A stretch of DNA of 64,000 nucleotides from Paramoeba atlantica (Eukaryota > Protista > Discosea), in NCBI GenBank assembly GCA_977017575.1, contig CDRNVI010000058.1:1-64000 (forward strand), read 5' to 3'. A model generated the notes under the pieces. The model had not been told where the DNA came from and made no database searches. It saw nothing but the letters and a program-made list of their open reading frames with translations. Position 1 is the stretch's first letter. The number at the start of each line of letters is the position of its first letter. The position numbers and the translations under genes are program-made. Shown piece by piece: positions 44,101 through 54,160 of this stretch.

Positions 44101-44917
44101 GATTCTTTACCTTACGTTGAACTTCAGAAAGACGATTACCAAGAGCTTTTTCTTCGGCACGTTGAGGAGCAAGCTCTTCTTCTCCGGCAAGAATTTTCAA
44201 TTGACACATTGTAGAAACGATTTTTTGCATCTGGTTGTCTTTGCGAACGTAGGAAACAGCGGCGTTTTTACAGTTTTCCAGGATCTCTTTTTCTTTCCCC
44301 AACTTATGAGACTTTTCCAAGGAGGTAATTCGGTCCTCTTGAAGAACTTCGGCGACCCCGGAGGCCTCACGAATTCCAGGAATGTATTTGTTTGTTCCAA
44401 TTAAGTCCTCCAAATATTCAAGAAATCCCTCTTCCCCTTCTTTCTCACCTTTTGGGCGCATCAGGGCTATTTGCTCCACCTCACCTTGCAAAATAAGAAA
44501 ACGGTTGTGGTCCAAATCAATACCTTTCTCCTTTAAGAAAGTGACAACACTTGCCTGGGACTGTCTCTTTCCATTAATAAAGTATTGAGAACTTCCTGTG
44601 TGTTTCGCAACCTCGCGAGTAAGACGTATCACTTCGTCAGAATAGCGAAATAGAACAGTGACTGATGCACTTGTACAATCCGGGTGGGCTGCAGACGAAT
44701 GAATAAGTTCTCCAAGCTTTTCCAGTCTAATTTTATTTGCTCGTTTACCAAAAACAAAGAGAAGAGCGTCCAGTATATTTGATTTTCCACTACCGTTTGG
44801 ACCAATAACTGCAGTAAATGTTTGGTGAAAAGGACCAATGCGATGCTTTCCAGCATACGATTTAAAATTTTCGACTTCAATGTACTCAATGGAAAGCGCA
44901 GGCGTGTTTTCCGACAT
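41123..44917 (-). CDS. SMC4: Condensin subunit SMC4
   Basis: ENFKSYAG, GPNGSGKSN, RFLILQGEVEQIALM, a hinge domain, LSGGEKTLASL and KPTPLYIMDEIDAALD. Confidence 0.95.
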   Translation of the reverse strand: MSENTPALSIEYIEVENFKSYAGKHRIGPFHQTFTAVIGPNGSGKSNILDALLFVFGKRANKIRLEKLGELIHSSAAHPDCTSASVTVLFRYSDEVIRLTREVAKHTGSSQYFINGKRQSQASVVTFLKEKGIDLDHNRFLILQGEVEQIALMRPKGEKEGEEGFLEYLEDLIGTNKYIPGIREASGVAEVLQEDRITSLEKSHKLGKEKEILENCKNAAVSYVRKDNQMQKIVSTMCQLKILAGEEELAPQRAEEKALGNRLSEVQRKVKNLEDTVDAKTENLNKLNKQIRQYQKEQQDLQAQKDSNEREAQDIKMQLEHSEKEEKRQYDKIKKLNDEMSRISLQLDDIERDKKIALRNMEEASERRDRLDPQFDQMTSSLQEKMRPIRRKKEEQMKQLAPWTAEHNKITNSLNTIEDTLRVSQENVEIKHRECKSENSKMEEMRQQIETAHQSICTIEKQIEEQKRLRSMHSAAKLEKDLDVAQQRKADLVAQIDAIKQDFIVSQGDDKITKFLEEQGIDGYYGPLRRLGSIDDRYDIAAGVAAGAYWTYHVVEDENVAQQAIQHLRKNDIGRASFIVLAHQKKEHSTRLAQPFAPPSQSTRLFDLIKPVDVRFLPAFYFAVRDTLVTTTLHVARSIGLGGKTRSRVVTLAGEVVDPVGQVTGGGQARPQGAGLNASSVPTRKNQNVRQELQNLQTQLQNAHSEVLKLREMLTNLRGSEERSARSYEELRRQLQETTMRHRTETLNLSRAEKLCSSALANYEKSKRAVESTEHKRLIGEKESLVSRRLKIDQDCEKYKRELEILDKALEDIGGPEYRRIQEQIQQDKKTVTEQETKLMEAKKNEAKLTSMKNTKLREKHDLEASLENQRGVTTRSETEKLNALQKTLNKIKSNLNDKEHEIEDSFEVKRRGDDTLRNAITEVKRLENEEQDVQEKIKSLQDAIEERRKGLEKYEQAIKTCEEKIFENYSEFGDEVVVLDETSEGSKAHSEKVEELANADTKRFSTCLSSEELARQDFKHQKYLAEQLKMEIDRVRDTIDLQSVARWKEKDTQWRSSKAEYEEIHNKTVEAEKSVCELQDRRKKEFFVAFEDIRSRLRSLYQMLTQGGDADLELVDMHDPFDGINFTVRPARKSWKQIGQLSGGEKTLASLSFVFALHHFKPTPLYIMDEIDAALDFRNVAIVARYVLNQAICAQFIIVSLRNAMFELAHQLLGVCKVRDCTTSIALNPSHVRAQLENRVMLAGKSTDSSESQEAIKRRKISS

Positions 44918-45345
44918 TGTAAAAATAAATGATTAAAACAGAAATACGTTTTCGAAAAGGATATCAGCGTATTAGATACTGCAGTCAAGCACAGTAAAAA
45001 CATAGTAGGCTACCAAACTGCATGTAACTTTGATAAACTGTATCTAAATGGGCACCTAGCGGTTCACACTTCTCATTTCTACTACCATTTTTTTTTCAAA
45101 ACTTAACGTGCAACAGAAACCAATAAAAAATTAGCTTATTTGTTTGATGCACCCGTAAAATATAATAGCCAGGCCATACCACAGTGAAATAGGGTAACTA
45201 GATAGTTCACATAAAAAAACTGATTCTGAAAACCTTTACAGCTTTCGACTGTTGACAATGAACGGCAAGCGTTATCTACCAGCGTCAAGATGTTGTACAC
45301 AAACAAAGTTCGCCTGATATCAAATTTTCAAAAATGGCTGTGCGA

Positions 45346-45993
45346 TTAGCAACAAAAGCATTTCCTGCGTTTTACCTTTTTCGGAACCTGAGGAATCGAA
45401 CTTTCCCGTGTGGAGTTTAAGTCAGCCGGTTTTTCACTTTGCACACTCTTCGAGTCTTCTACGACAGGCGATGCAGTACTGGAATCCGGAGCGTCTAAAT
45501 CAGGGGCTGTATCCCGAGGTGCTGTAGATTGGGCCTTTATGTTACACAGCTTTCGAATCAATTCTTGATAGTCGACGCAAGATTCATCCTTACAGTCCTC
45601 TAAAAAGTCATTTATTTCTGTATCACTTAATGACTCACCCTTATTTTGCAATATGAAACGAAGCTCTTGTACGGTAATCTTTCCCGTCTTGGACGGATCA
45701 AATTTAAAAAAGCATTGTTCGAGCAATTGAGCATTAACCCTTGTGCCATCTAGCAAATGCGAAATACACTCAAACGCTTCCCACCGAAACTTACTGGAAT
45801 TATCATTATTTAGAAAACCACAAGTCTTCGCCACGTCAGAATAAGAAGGATTTAAACCCAAGGAGTAGAGAGCTGATAGTACGAAATTCATCGGCATGTA
45901 CTGCTGTCCATCAGGCTCTACAAATGAAAAGCGTTGGAATACTTCTCGAAGAGAATTTTCATCCAGCGGCATGCAGTAGTAACGGAAGATCAA
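45346..45993 (-). CDS. Calmodulin/myosin-light-chain-like EF-hand protein with a polybasic-CC C-terminus
   Basis: FDPSKTGKITVQELRFIL...GESLSDTEI...VDYQEL; the protein ends KKVKRRKCFCC. Confidence 0.75.
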   Translation of the reverse strand: MIFRYYCMPLDENSLREVFQRFSFVEPDGQQYMPMNFVLSALYSLGLNPSYSDVAKTCGFLNNDNSSKFRWEAFECISHLLDGTRVNAQLLEQCFFKFDPSKTGKITVQELRFILQNKGESLSDTEINDFLEDCKDESCVDYQELIRKLCNIKAQSTAPRDTAPDLDAPDSSTASPVVEDSKSVQSEKPADLNSTRESSIPQVPKKVKRRKCFCC

Positions 45994-46311
45994 AAAATGT
46001 CAGTCAATAAACATCAATTTGCTATGTAATTGCTGACCCCTTTACCATGCAGGTCGGTGAAAAATAAAATTATGGTTTTGAATATTCTTCTCGTACGTGC
46101 TAATCGGCAAATAATATTGAAGTAAACAAAAACTGCGCAAGAAATACGGAATATACAGATACTAATACATACATGTATTAGTATGTAATACAGTGTAAAG
46201 AACACAGTGAAACCTAGCTAGAACCTAGGGATGCGTAAAAAAGTTGATACAACCACCAGTTATGAGGTTTAAAGCATGAAATGCGTCAGACTTTGCATGT
46301 GTCAAATCTAT

Positions 46312-47043
46312 TCAGTTACATAAGAGGCGTAGAGAAGTTGCAAAAGCATACAATTTTCCATCAATACACATGTTCTGAGTTGCAGCACATGACTCAATAA
46401 AGTGAAGAAGATCACACAGCTTCACAACATGAACCAAAATGTGCTCACCGTCTTCACATTCCTGCTGCGGATGTTGATTTTCCTTCGAATTTGGATCCAC
46501 AAAAAGGGTAACAAAACGAAATGTCGTGTTCGACATGCCTGACTCGTATGAGCATACAGGAGAGGTGCTGTCCTGGTGCTTTCCTGGAAAGGGCTTTCCG
46601 ACGTATCCCGCTTCCTCTCGAAGTTCACGTATGGCGGCGTTCACAGCACTATCTGAATCTACCAACCCCGCAGGAAATTCAAGACATACCTTTTGTAATG
46701 GAGGTCTATATTGCGAAACGAGCACAACGCGGGCACCAGAAGAAATAGAATTACTCAAAGAAGGCGTCACTACATTCACTTCAGGTATAATTGCAATGAT
46801 GTCCACAGCATCAATATCATTGGATCGAGAATGAGTGAAATCGTCAGCTACACTACTTGAAAACGTTTTCGCAGGTTCCTTGGGTGGATGGTTCCGTTCA
46901 ACGGTTTCCCACTGACGAATGCTGCCAGATATTGGATCATAATATTCGATAATACAAAGTCGTAGCCAACGCAGGGAACACTTTATAACGCGTGAAACCT
47001 CATAGAAACCAGAAAGGGAAATTTTTGAACACTGAATCTGCAT
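46312..47043 (-). CDS. Nudix hydrolase, ADP-ribose pyrophosphatase (NUDT5-like)
   Basis: LVSQYRPPLQKVCLEFPAGLVD...AAIRELREEAGY and EDGEHI motifs. Confidence 0.85.
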   Translation of the reverse strand: MQIQCSKISLSGFYEVSRVIKCSLRWLRLCIIEYYDPISGSIRQWETVERNHPPKEPAKTFSSSVADDFTHSRSNDIDAVDIIAIIPEVNVVTPSLSNSISSGARVVLVSQYRPPLQKVCLEFPAGLVDSDSAVNAAIRELREEAGYVGKPFPGKHQDSTSPVCSYESGMSNTTFRFVTLFVDPNSKENQHPQQECEDGEHILVHVVKLCDLLHFIESCAATQNMCIDGKLYAFATSLRLLCN

Positions 47044-47194
47044 TTCACCGAATCAAACATTTTGGCAATATCTCGATAGTGCATAAATATTTTTAAAAGC
47101 ATAAACTTCTAGTATAATCTCCATGTATTCAAAAGACAAAAAAAATAAAAAGAAATCTTAAATTTAAGACTACAATTGAATGGTTTTTAGGGAT

Positions 47195-48547
47195 TTAACC
47201 TTTATCTGTGCAAGAATTAGTGCTATCCAGTCCTCTTACTTGTAGCATATCATCATAATATGATGACAAAACAGCCATGTTCTTTATTTGGCCTTTATCA
47301 ACGCATTGGAACGGCAACCATTCCGCACAGTAGACAAGCTTTTCCTTCCCAGAAACAACGCAATCGTTTTGCTGCGTATCCTTAATAGACAAGCCTGAAT
47401 CAGGACTATACTTCACTATAACAGACCCCGCATGCATTGCTGCGACCAAATATTCGCTGCCTGTACTTTGGTCATTGTTCTCCACATCATGCAAAGGTGC
47501 GGGGTCCAAATTCGCACCATATTTTTGATGAGACCGTTTCTTAGACATACGCCAAGCTCCACCCCCAACAAAGACGGAGCTTACACTCCGACCCAAATTT
47601 CGCGTGTCATAGAGTCGAACATGACCATCGTAGCACCCGGTAAGAAACATGTACTCAGTTGAGCTCAAGATAGAGTCACGATCAATACCCTGATTTTCAG
47701 AAAATCCTGTTGTATGACGTTCATATCCGGGCAAAGGATAAATGCAAGTAACCCCCGCAGGATGTTTCACTTGTTGACATGACGAAGATACGCGTAAGGA
47801 ACCTGCATTTCTAGAGTCCCAGTACTTTACCAATTCCTCTGTAGGCAGCATTCGAGTATCCCAAATTTTCCACATCCCGTCATCACCTCCTGTACTAAAA
47901 CAACATGATCGTTCACTGTCCTGTGTCGTATGAAAACAACAAGCCCATGCCTCAGCATCATGAGCCTGAAACAATTTCGTTGAGTGCGCAGGGTGACTCT
48001 CCGACCCCAAGCCCACATACTCCACATCGAGTAAAGCACATCCACCCGAACTCAACGTAGACACTATCGACGAAACATAAGGACCAGAGTGTTTATCGCA
48101 AACCGCAGGAGAGTAATCTGTGCTTCCCGGATAACTTCTCACGATGTAGTCACTGCATGTGCAAATGGAATCTGCTTCCACATTTTTATTGACCATTTGC
48201 TTTTCATCCATCTCAGGCAAGAGATGAGCACAAAAAACTTCCGAAATGTCAAGTTCATAGTCCTTTGGTTCGCATCGTGATGATTTTAACGTTTTAAAAT
48301 CACAGGGCTTGCTGAATGAAACAGCTTGTTCGATTTTAAAAATGCGGACGGTTCCATCGGAGCATGAGAAAAGAATAAAATCCTGTAAACAAAAATCTTG
48401 AGAGCAAATTACCTTCATATCAAACAGGGCTGGTGTTCCAATATGAGAAATTGAGCCCAATTCAACGGTTGATTCTGTACCGACGTCATGCAATCGGCAT
48501 AAAACAGCTTCTACACCCCCTTTTCTAGATGAGCTCTGTGTATTCAT
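47195..48547 (-). CDS. DPH7: Diphthamide biosynthesis WD40 protein DPH7/WDR85
   Basis: AHDAEAW, STGGDDG.WKIWDTR, H.AGVT.I, TGCYDGHVRLYDTR, VGGGAWR, AAMHAG, LVY..EW and SSYYD motifs. Confidence 0.8.
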   Translation of the reverse strand: MNTQSSSRKGGVEAVLCRLHDVGTESTVELGSISHIGTPALFDMKVICSQDFCLQDFILFSCSDGTVRIFKIEQAVSFSKPCDFKTLKSSRCEPKDYELDISEVFCAHLLPEMDEKQMVNKNVEADSICTCSDYIVRSYPGSTDYSPAVCDKHSGPYVSSIVSTLSSGGCALLDVEYVGLGSESHPAHSTKLFQAHDAEAWACCFHTTQDSERSCCFSTGGDDGMWKIWDTRMLPTEELVKYWDSRNAGSLRVSSSCQQVKHPAGVTCIYPLPGYERHTTGFSENQGIDRDSILSSTEYMFLTGCYDGHVRLYDTRNLGRSVSSVFVGGGAWRMSKKRSHQKYGANLDPAPLHDVENNDQSTGSEYLVAAMHAGSVIVKYSPDSGLSIKDTQQNDCVVSGKEKLVYCAEWLPFQCVDKGQIKNMAVLSSYYDDMLQVRGLDSTNSCTDKG

Positions 48548-49055
48548 ACATCCCAGCCAGAATTATACAGTCTTCGGATTGGCCCGTGCTTTCGTCGATC
48601 GCATATTGTTGACACATGTTCATTCGTCGTGTCTTAGAATCTGAGTATTTCTCAGAACCAATAGAACTGCAGTCGGAAGGATGTGACAAATGCTTCCTCT
48701 TATCTTGTAGCACAGTAAGACAGCTAACATGAGCAGGAAGTGCAAGCGTACCTGTTGACATACCGTGAAAGGTTTGCGTATTATCAAGCTATACGTTCTG
48801 ATGATGGATGTTCAACGATTCATGATCCCCATGCGAATAAGCGTAATGCACAATAGATCTAGACGTACCACATGGCTAGCATGTACGTTCAAGTAGACCA
48901 ATATGTGATATTCAAGAAAAAAAATCGTTTGTTTCGTTAGTTTTCGTAGTTTTAAAAAAAATATCTTGCATTTGAGTAAATCCAAAGAAATATAACCAAG
49001 ACTGTAAGGAGTCATCGGCAATTGCTTATCCTTACCGTGCGGAATCCAACCTCCA

Positions 49056-50276
49056 TCAAATAATGCTTTTCCGCAACGCTACTTCTACTTGAGGAAGAAC
49101 ACCGGCCTGTACGTAATTTGGATTCCAGGAGAGCTGAGTCGCTTGCAAAGACAGGGAACCGATTAGGGAGGTATCGGCAGTGCCTTGTACCCATTCCTCC
49201 GGTAAAGCACTACAGTCACATTTCGCGCCAAGAAGAGCTCCCAAATAAATAGAAGCCACGGGAATGAATATCTCATACAACATGCAGCGGGTGACTTCTT
49301 GGTCTATTGGAAAATGTTTTTCTATTTCTTCAATTGAGGCCAAAAAGCGAAGCACTCCAGTGCGAAATTTCTGCACATCACAAGCGCATGCCCATGTAAT
49401 TCGAAGTAGAGATTCTGAAAAGGAACTTTCTATTTTCTCTTCCTGCATCTCACTTCCTTGAAAAAGATTCACCAGAATAGGTTCCTTGAAAAGTCCAGTA
49501 GGGTATGGATGTTGGCATATCGAGAGCAGTTTCTCAGAATTGAGCACACCAAAACGTCCCTCAAGTGCTGTATTCCGCAATGGATCAGGATTACGACACA
49601 GCATTCGTAGCAAAGTGTGTTGGAGAATGTCAAGCCAATCCGCTGTCAAGGGTGAAAAGTTAAGATTCGGGGAAGATGAACTGCTTAGTTCTGTCCTCGA
49701 GCACTCTCTGTCGGAGGGTTGAGGTGTCACAGAGGAACCACTCAATAAATGCTCATGAATTGGACGGACTCTTCTCGCTAAGTATTCAGCATCACTCCAC
49801 GGGTAGGAAACAACCACGGGCAAACTGGAAACAAGAGCCTCTGTCGCCAAATACGATCTCTCCAAGCAACTCATCGTTGCCTTGTTAACGGAGGAGACCA
49901 GTACTTCGTCCGAGTCGAACGTTTCTTTTTCCAAAGACGTCTCTAAGAGCATCATTGAACTTTGCCGATCAGAAAAATATTCGTCAGGAACGAACACTCC
50001 CTCACTATCAGCAAGCGTGCGGAGCGCCGGAAGATAAGCTCGGAAATATAAATCCGAATGATTTCGTAGACTCACGCGTTTTGCTAAGGATAAGGACCCA
50101 AAAGGCTTTAACTTTGGAAAAGACGCACCTTTGAGGGGTGGGACCGACTTCAGGAACGACTTTCGTTGCTGTACAGCTCCATAAACAAGGCTATCACAAA
50201 CTGCCGCCCCGACGAACGCGCCTACTTGTCTGCGCTGTACAGCAGAGAGTTGTTTAAAAGAGGATTTGTACCACAT
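49056..50276 (-). CDS. Degenerate ADP-ribosylglycohydrolase-fold protein
   Basis: N-terminal GAFVGAAVCDSL and C-terminal GALLGAKCDCSALPEEW match the ARH termini; internal metal-binding TDD motifs were not found. Confidence 0.55.
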   Translation of the reverse strand: MWYKSSFKQLSAVQRRQVGAFVGAAVCDSLVYGAVQQRKSFLKSVPPLKGASFPKLKPFGSLSLAKRVSLRNHSDLYFRAYLPALRTLADSEGVFVPDEYFSDRQSSMMLLETSLEKETFDSDEVLVSSVNKATMSCLERSYLATEALVSSLPVVVSYPWSDAEYLARRVRPIHEHLLSGSSVTPQPSDRECSRTELSSSSSPNLNFSPLTADWLDILQHTLLRMLCRNPDPLRNTALEGRFGVLNSEKLLSICQHPYPTGLFKEPILVNLFQGSEMQEEKIESSFSESLLRITWACACDVQKFRTGVLRFLASIEEIEKHFPIDQEVTRCMLYEIFIPVASIYLGALLGAKCDCSALPEEWVQGTADTSLIGSLSLQATQLSWNPNYVQAGVLPQVEVALRKSII

Positions 50277-50682
50277 GTTTTAAAGGATAAGAAAGTCTTA
50301 CGTGGTATAAAATTTGTAATAGAGAACAGAAAGAATACACAAAGAATCATATCAAGCGACCTTCAATCAAACGTGTGCATAAGATTTCGTAAACTAAGAT
50401 TCCAAACACTATCGTGTGTGTAAATTTAGTGAGCTGCGGAGACACTGTTTTCCATTCGTGTAGTTACATCAACGGACACAGCGGACGTCCATAAAAAAAT
50501 CGAAATCTCATGTGAAATCGATTTAATACATAAATTAAGTTATTTCCACTACATTCGATTCGATAAGATATTCTAACCGCAAATATAAAGTCCTCGCAGC
50601 AGAGGTCTATCTTCGTTTAGACGAAGGCCTCTATACTAGAAAACACCATTCAAAATTTTTCATTGGACCATAAGGCTAGAAT

Positions 50683-52206
50683 TTAAACCTCTGCGCTGAT
50701 GGCAGCCTCGGATTTCATGACTTCCATGCCTTCTTCCAATGCTTTAGCAAAAGTACGCGCCAGATCGTACATCACACTTGCCATGATATGAGGATTGGCA
50801 ACGTCCTTTGGAGGGATGGTCGCTAGCAGCTCGTACTCAAGGCGCTCTCCCTGATTAGAGGCAATAGTCGTCAATACAGGTGTGCGCTTCGTTTGGATCA
50901 TGCGAATCGTTATTCCACTGGATTCGTCTTTCTTCGACCAAGAAGCAATCACACGTTCAGCCACATACTGAATATCACCCAGTTCCGGAGCAAGAACGCT
51001 CTCCACGGTATCATTTTTGAATTTCAGTATCTCAGCCTCGAAGTACGGCGTCGCGATTCGCTTTTTAAGAGGAACTCTACCACGTACTAGAAATCGAACG
51101 TCCGGCATTTTTCGGCGTACGTATTGCGTAGCAAGGTGTCTGTCCCATGTGCGCAAGACTTCAACAGGTTGTAAATCCGAATTGAGTTCCAAAACGACGG
51201 GATCACGAGGTCGCTTGATCATAACTAGATATGATGTTTGCGGATCTTTTTCTGCCGCAAAACCGTTCTCCTTAAGAAATTTTCCTACTGCTGCAGTATT
51301 ATTTTCATGGGCAAGTGCAACAAAACGCAGCACGGAAGCTTGTGCCATTGCCTTCTGTGCAGACCAAAGCGGAACGACGTTCTTCTTGAAGAGTACGGCA
51401 CTTACAATATTTTTCAATAAAGTTCTACCATACGTCACATTTATGTCTCCTTCCTGGCCCAAGTTCCACATATTGTTTATAGCCCATGTGCAAGAGCGAA
51501 GAAACCGTTGTCGATTTGCGCGCTCCAAATCTGCAGCCTTCATGGTATATGCCTGAGCACCGGAGAGAGTTCCCGGAAGACCTGAAGCGTCTAGTGGAAC
51601 GAGCTGTACATCACACCCCTGTACTTCATGCAAAAGTTGTGTTGCGCGCACGTCCAAAGCGCTCTGGGACTCTCCCCCTTGAGCATCAATAGATTTTTCC
51701 ATGTAATCAATCATTCGCTTTTCTTCAAAAGAGGGATCCACACCCCAATCGCCGTATACGTCGGCTTCTTCAAAAAGGTCGCCGGTTCCTGCATTCTTTG
51801 CTTGATGATCAAAAAGAGAAATTGCACTTTCATCCTGGCGCACAAGTGAGGGTTGAGATGAGCTCATAACTTCTTCTACTTTACGTACCAACGCAGTCTT
51901 TTTTTCGTCTCCTTTGACGTCAACCTTTTGGGCTTTCAAAAAAGCAACGAGGTCAGCTTGACTTAGGGAAAAGAGATTTCCTTCGTTCCATAATGACCAT
52001 ACGGTGTCCATCGATATTCCTTTTGCCTCACTGGATGATGGAGAAGAGTAGCGTCGAACACACTCATGCATAAGTAATTTCGTTCCTGTGGACACCCTTT
52101 CGTATGATTTAAAAAGTGATCCCATTCCAAGAGTTGCAGGTATGGCGCCAACACACGCATACGCTTGAGAAACACTTCGTTTTTGAATGACAAGCCCGCG
52201 TAACAT
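50683..52206 (-). CDS. RESC2: gRNA-binding RNA-editing substrate complex subunit RESC2 (GAP1/GRBC2)
   Basis: VWSLWNEGNLFSLS, EEADVYGDWG..P.FE, YVRRKMPDVRF...P.KKRIA..Y.EA.IL and GERLEYE match my recall of T. brucei GAP1; ATG at 52206. Confidence 0.85.
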   Translation of the reverse strand: MLRGLVIQKRSVSQAYACVGAIPATLGMGSLFKSYERVSTGTKLLMHECVRRYSSPSSSEAKGISMDTVWSLWNEGNLFSLSQADLVAFLKAQKVDVKGDEKKTALVRKVEEVMSSSQPSLVRQDESAISLFDHQAKNAGTGDLFEEADVYGDWGVDPSFEEKRMIDYMEKSIDAQGGESQSALDVRATQLLHEVQGCDVQLVPLDASGLPGTLSGAQAYTMKAADLERANRQRFLRSCTWAINNMWNLGQEGDINVTYGRTLLKNIVSAVLFKKNVVPLWSAQKAMAQASVLRFVALAHENNTAAVGKFLKENGFAAEKDPQTSYLVMIKRPRDPVVLELNSDLQPVEVLRTWDRHLATQYVRRKMPDVRFLVRGRVPLKKRIATPYFEAEILKFKNDTVESVLAPELGDIQYVAERVIASWSKKDESSGITIRMIQTKRTPVLTTIASNQGERLEYELLATIPPKDVANPHIMASVMYDLARTFAKALEEGMEVMKSEAAISAEV

Positions 52207-52543
52207 GTTCCTATTTAAAAGAAAAATAATTTCAAAAAAATAAAATCGTTTGAGTAACACTTTCACAAAGTGACTTGCAAGTCTTGTAGTGACTTGTATC
52301 CAACTTTCCCTCCAAAAAAGTTTAATCAAGCGTAATTCTACAGAATAAGTAATTCTACAGAATCTCCTTTTTGAATTTCTGCTCTTTTACATTCAATTTT
52401 ATGAAACGAATTTGTGGGGACTATTCACCCGAACAGTACTATTATACAAAGTAATGCAATTTTCACTGTAAATTTGTGAGATACTATGGTCGAGACCCAA
52501 CCCACCATACATAAACGCACTTTGACAAGCATGAACTTTAAAC

Positions 52544-53315
52544 CAGGGGTCCCTAAAACTTTATGTATATAGTTTATAGTATTTCAAAAAAAATTATAGT
52601 ACTATAAATGCCATTTATAGTACTATAAATACTTTAAAGTGTTTGAAAAACTTTATTTTTAAAGGAGGACAGAAGGGGATCAAGAATAATCCCTGAATGG
52701 TACTGGATGTTATAAGGGGTGTTCATCTCGGGGGCCTGGCGTTCGGCTCGCAGTTCCGGGTTTGAAAAACCTTCTCTGAGATGGAAGTCTCAGAGGGGTG
52801 CCCCATTTTCCTTTTTTGACGCTGAGTACAGTGCGAGATTTTATTGCGGGACACGTTAATTACGGGACAACTCAATTACGGGACACTTGGGCCTTGGGAC
52901 TGAGTGAGACTCACTACATTTCACAGATCATCTGACAGGTCAAAGCTAAGGGACACTTAATTACGTGACACTTTTGACCGAAAATGGGGTGTCCCTTAAT
53001 TAAAGTGTCCCGTAAAAAAGTTCTACACTGTATTTCGCAACCACTACTCATAATTTAGGTTATTGCGCAACCACTACTCATAATTTAGGTTGTTTTTCAA
53101 ATGCGTGAGGGCCGAGGAGTAGGAGACTCGAATTTTCGCAAAAAAAGGGGTTCTTCGCGCCTACTTCGCAGACCTGGCATTCGAAGTTATGCGTTTCGTC
53201 GCTTATTTTGGCATTTCTGAGAAACAAAAAAAATAAAGATTTATATATAGTATTTAAAAGTTTATAGTACTATAAAAGTACTATAATAAAGTTTTTAAAG
53301 TTTTAGGGACCCCTG
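52544..53315. mobile_element. Non-autonomous hAT-like element (772 bp)
   Basis: Perfect 20-bp TIRs CAGGGGTCCCTAAAACTTTA; identical 8-bp TSD CTTTAAAC at 52536-52543 and 53316-53323; TATAGTACTATA-type subterminal motifs at both ends. Confidence 0.85.
52829..53030. mobile_element. Tc1/mariner-pogo-like MITE (202 bp) nested in the hAT-like element
   Basis: TA|CAGTG...CACTG|TA; 41-bp imperfect TIRs (32/41 by hand) with repeated GGGACA(C) motifs. Confidence 0.7.
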
Positions 53316-53413
53316 CTTTAAACGCATCTTGTTACGGCTTCAGTAAACGTAAAGTGATTTCATCATTCATCCAAAATAGCGAATATTCGTTTCGATTCAT
53401 CATAAAACCGGTA

Positions 53414-54160
53414 CCCCCCCTGTCATTAATAATGATAATGATAATCCTCAATTTTTTGAGATTATTAAACCACGGTCCTGTTTAACATTCCGGGGGGGAA
53501 TGTTAAGCAGCTACAGGAATGTTAAATAGCTACAGGAATGTTAACTTTTCAAGATATGTTTTTGAGATATTTTTTTGAAAGGAAAAACAATTTCATTTAT
53601 TCAGTATCTTCCTCTTCGCCTATTGCTTCGACTTCTTTTGCTTCACTTTCTTGGCGTTCTTGAACTTTCTTAAAGTACTCCGTCAGCGTACATGCGTACC
53701 GGAAACCTGGAGGACCCTGTAGGGAAGCAGAGTTGAGAATCTCCCGTGGTGGCTCTTCGTCGGTAGAGTGGGTGAACCTGTAAGCCATGGGGGGGGCATG
53801 GGGGTTTTTCTGGGGGGGGGATGTTAAAAAACACATGAGACATCATAATGTTATCTAGCTACAGGAAGGTTAAACCGGACTTTGATTTATTATCATTATC
53901 ATTATTAATGGCTGGGAGAGTACATAGTTTTCGACAAAAAAACACGATTTTCAGACCAAAAATGCGAAATTTTAACCCGAATTTGGGCCGTTTTTGAAAC
54001 CTTACCAGTAGTTTTTTAGTTCAAGAAACTTTTTTTTAAGACACAAATTTTTTTGTAAGAAAATCCTGCGTGCATGAAAATAAGTTGATATTTTTTTAAG
54101 GGTCTTCACCACGTAGAATGACATTTTTTTAAAGATTATCATTATTAATGACAGGGGGAG
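53414..54160. mobile_element. TA-flanked MITE-like element with one left end and two right ends (53920, 54160)
   Basis: Left end TA|CCCCCCCTGTCATTAATAATGATAAT; right ends read CTCTCCCAGCCATTAATAATGATAATG and CTCCCCCTGTCATTAATAATGATAATC in reverse complement, each followed by TA. Confidence 0.65.

Noticed and set aside
53033-53092. 30-bp tandem duplication GCAACCACTACTCATAATTTAGGTT
   Set aside because: Only two copies inside the MITE; treated as internal slippage.
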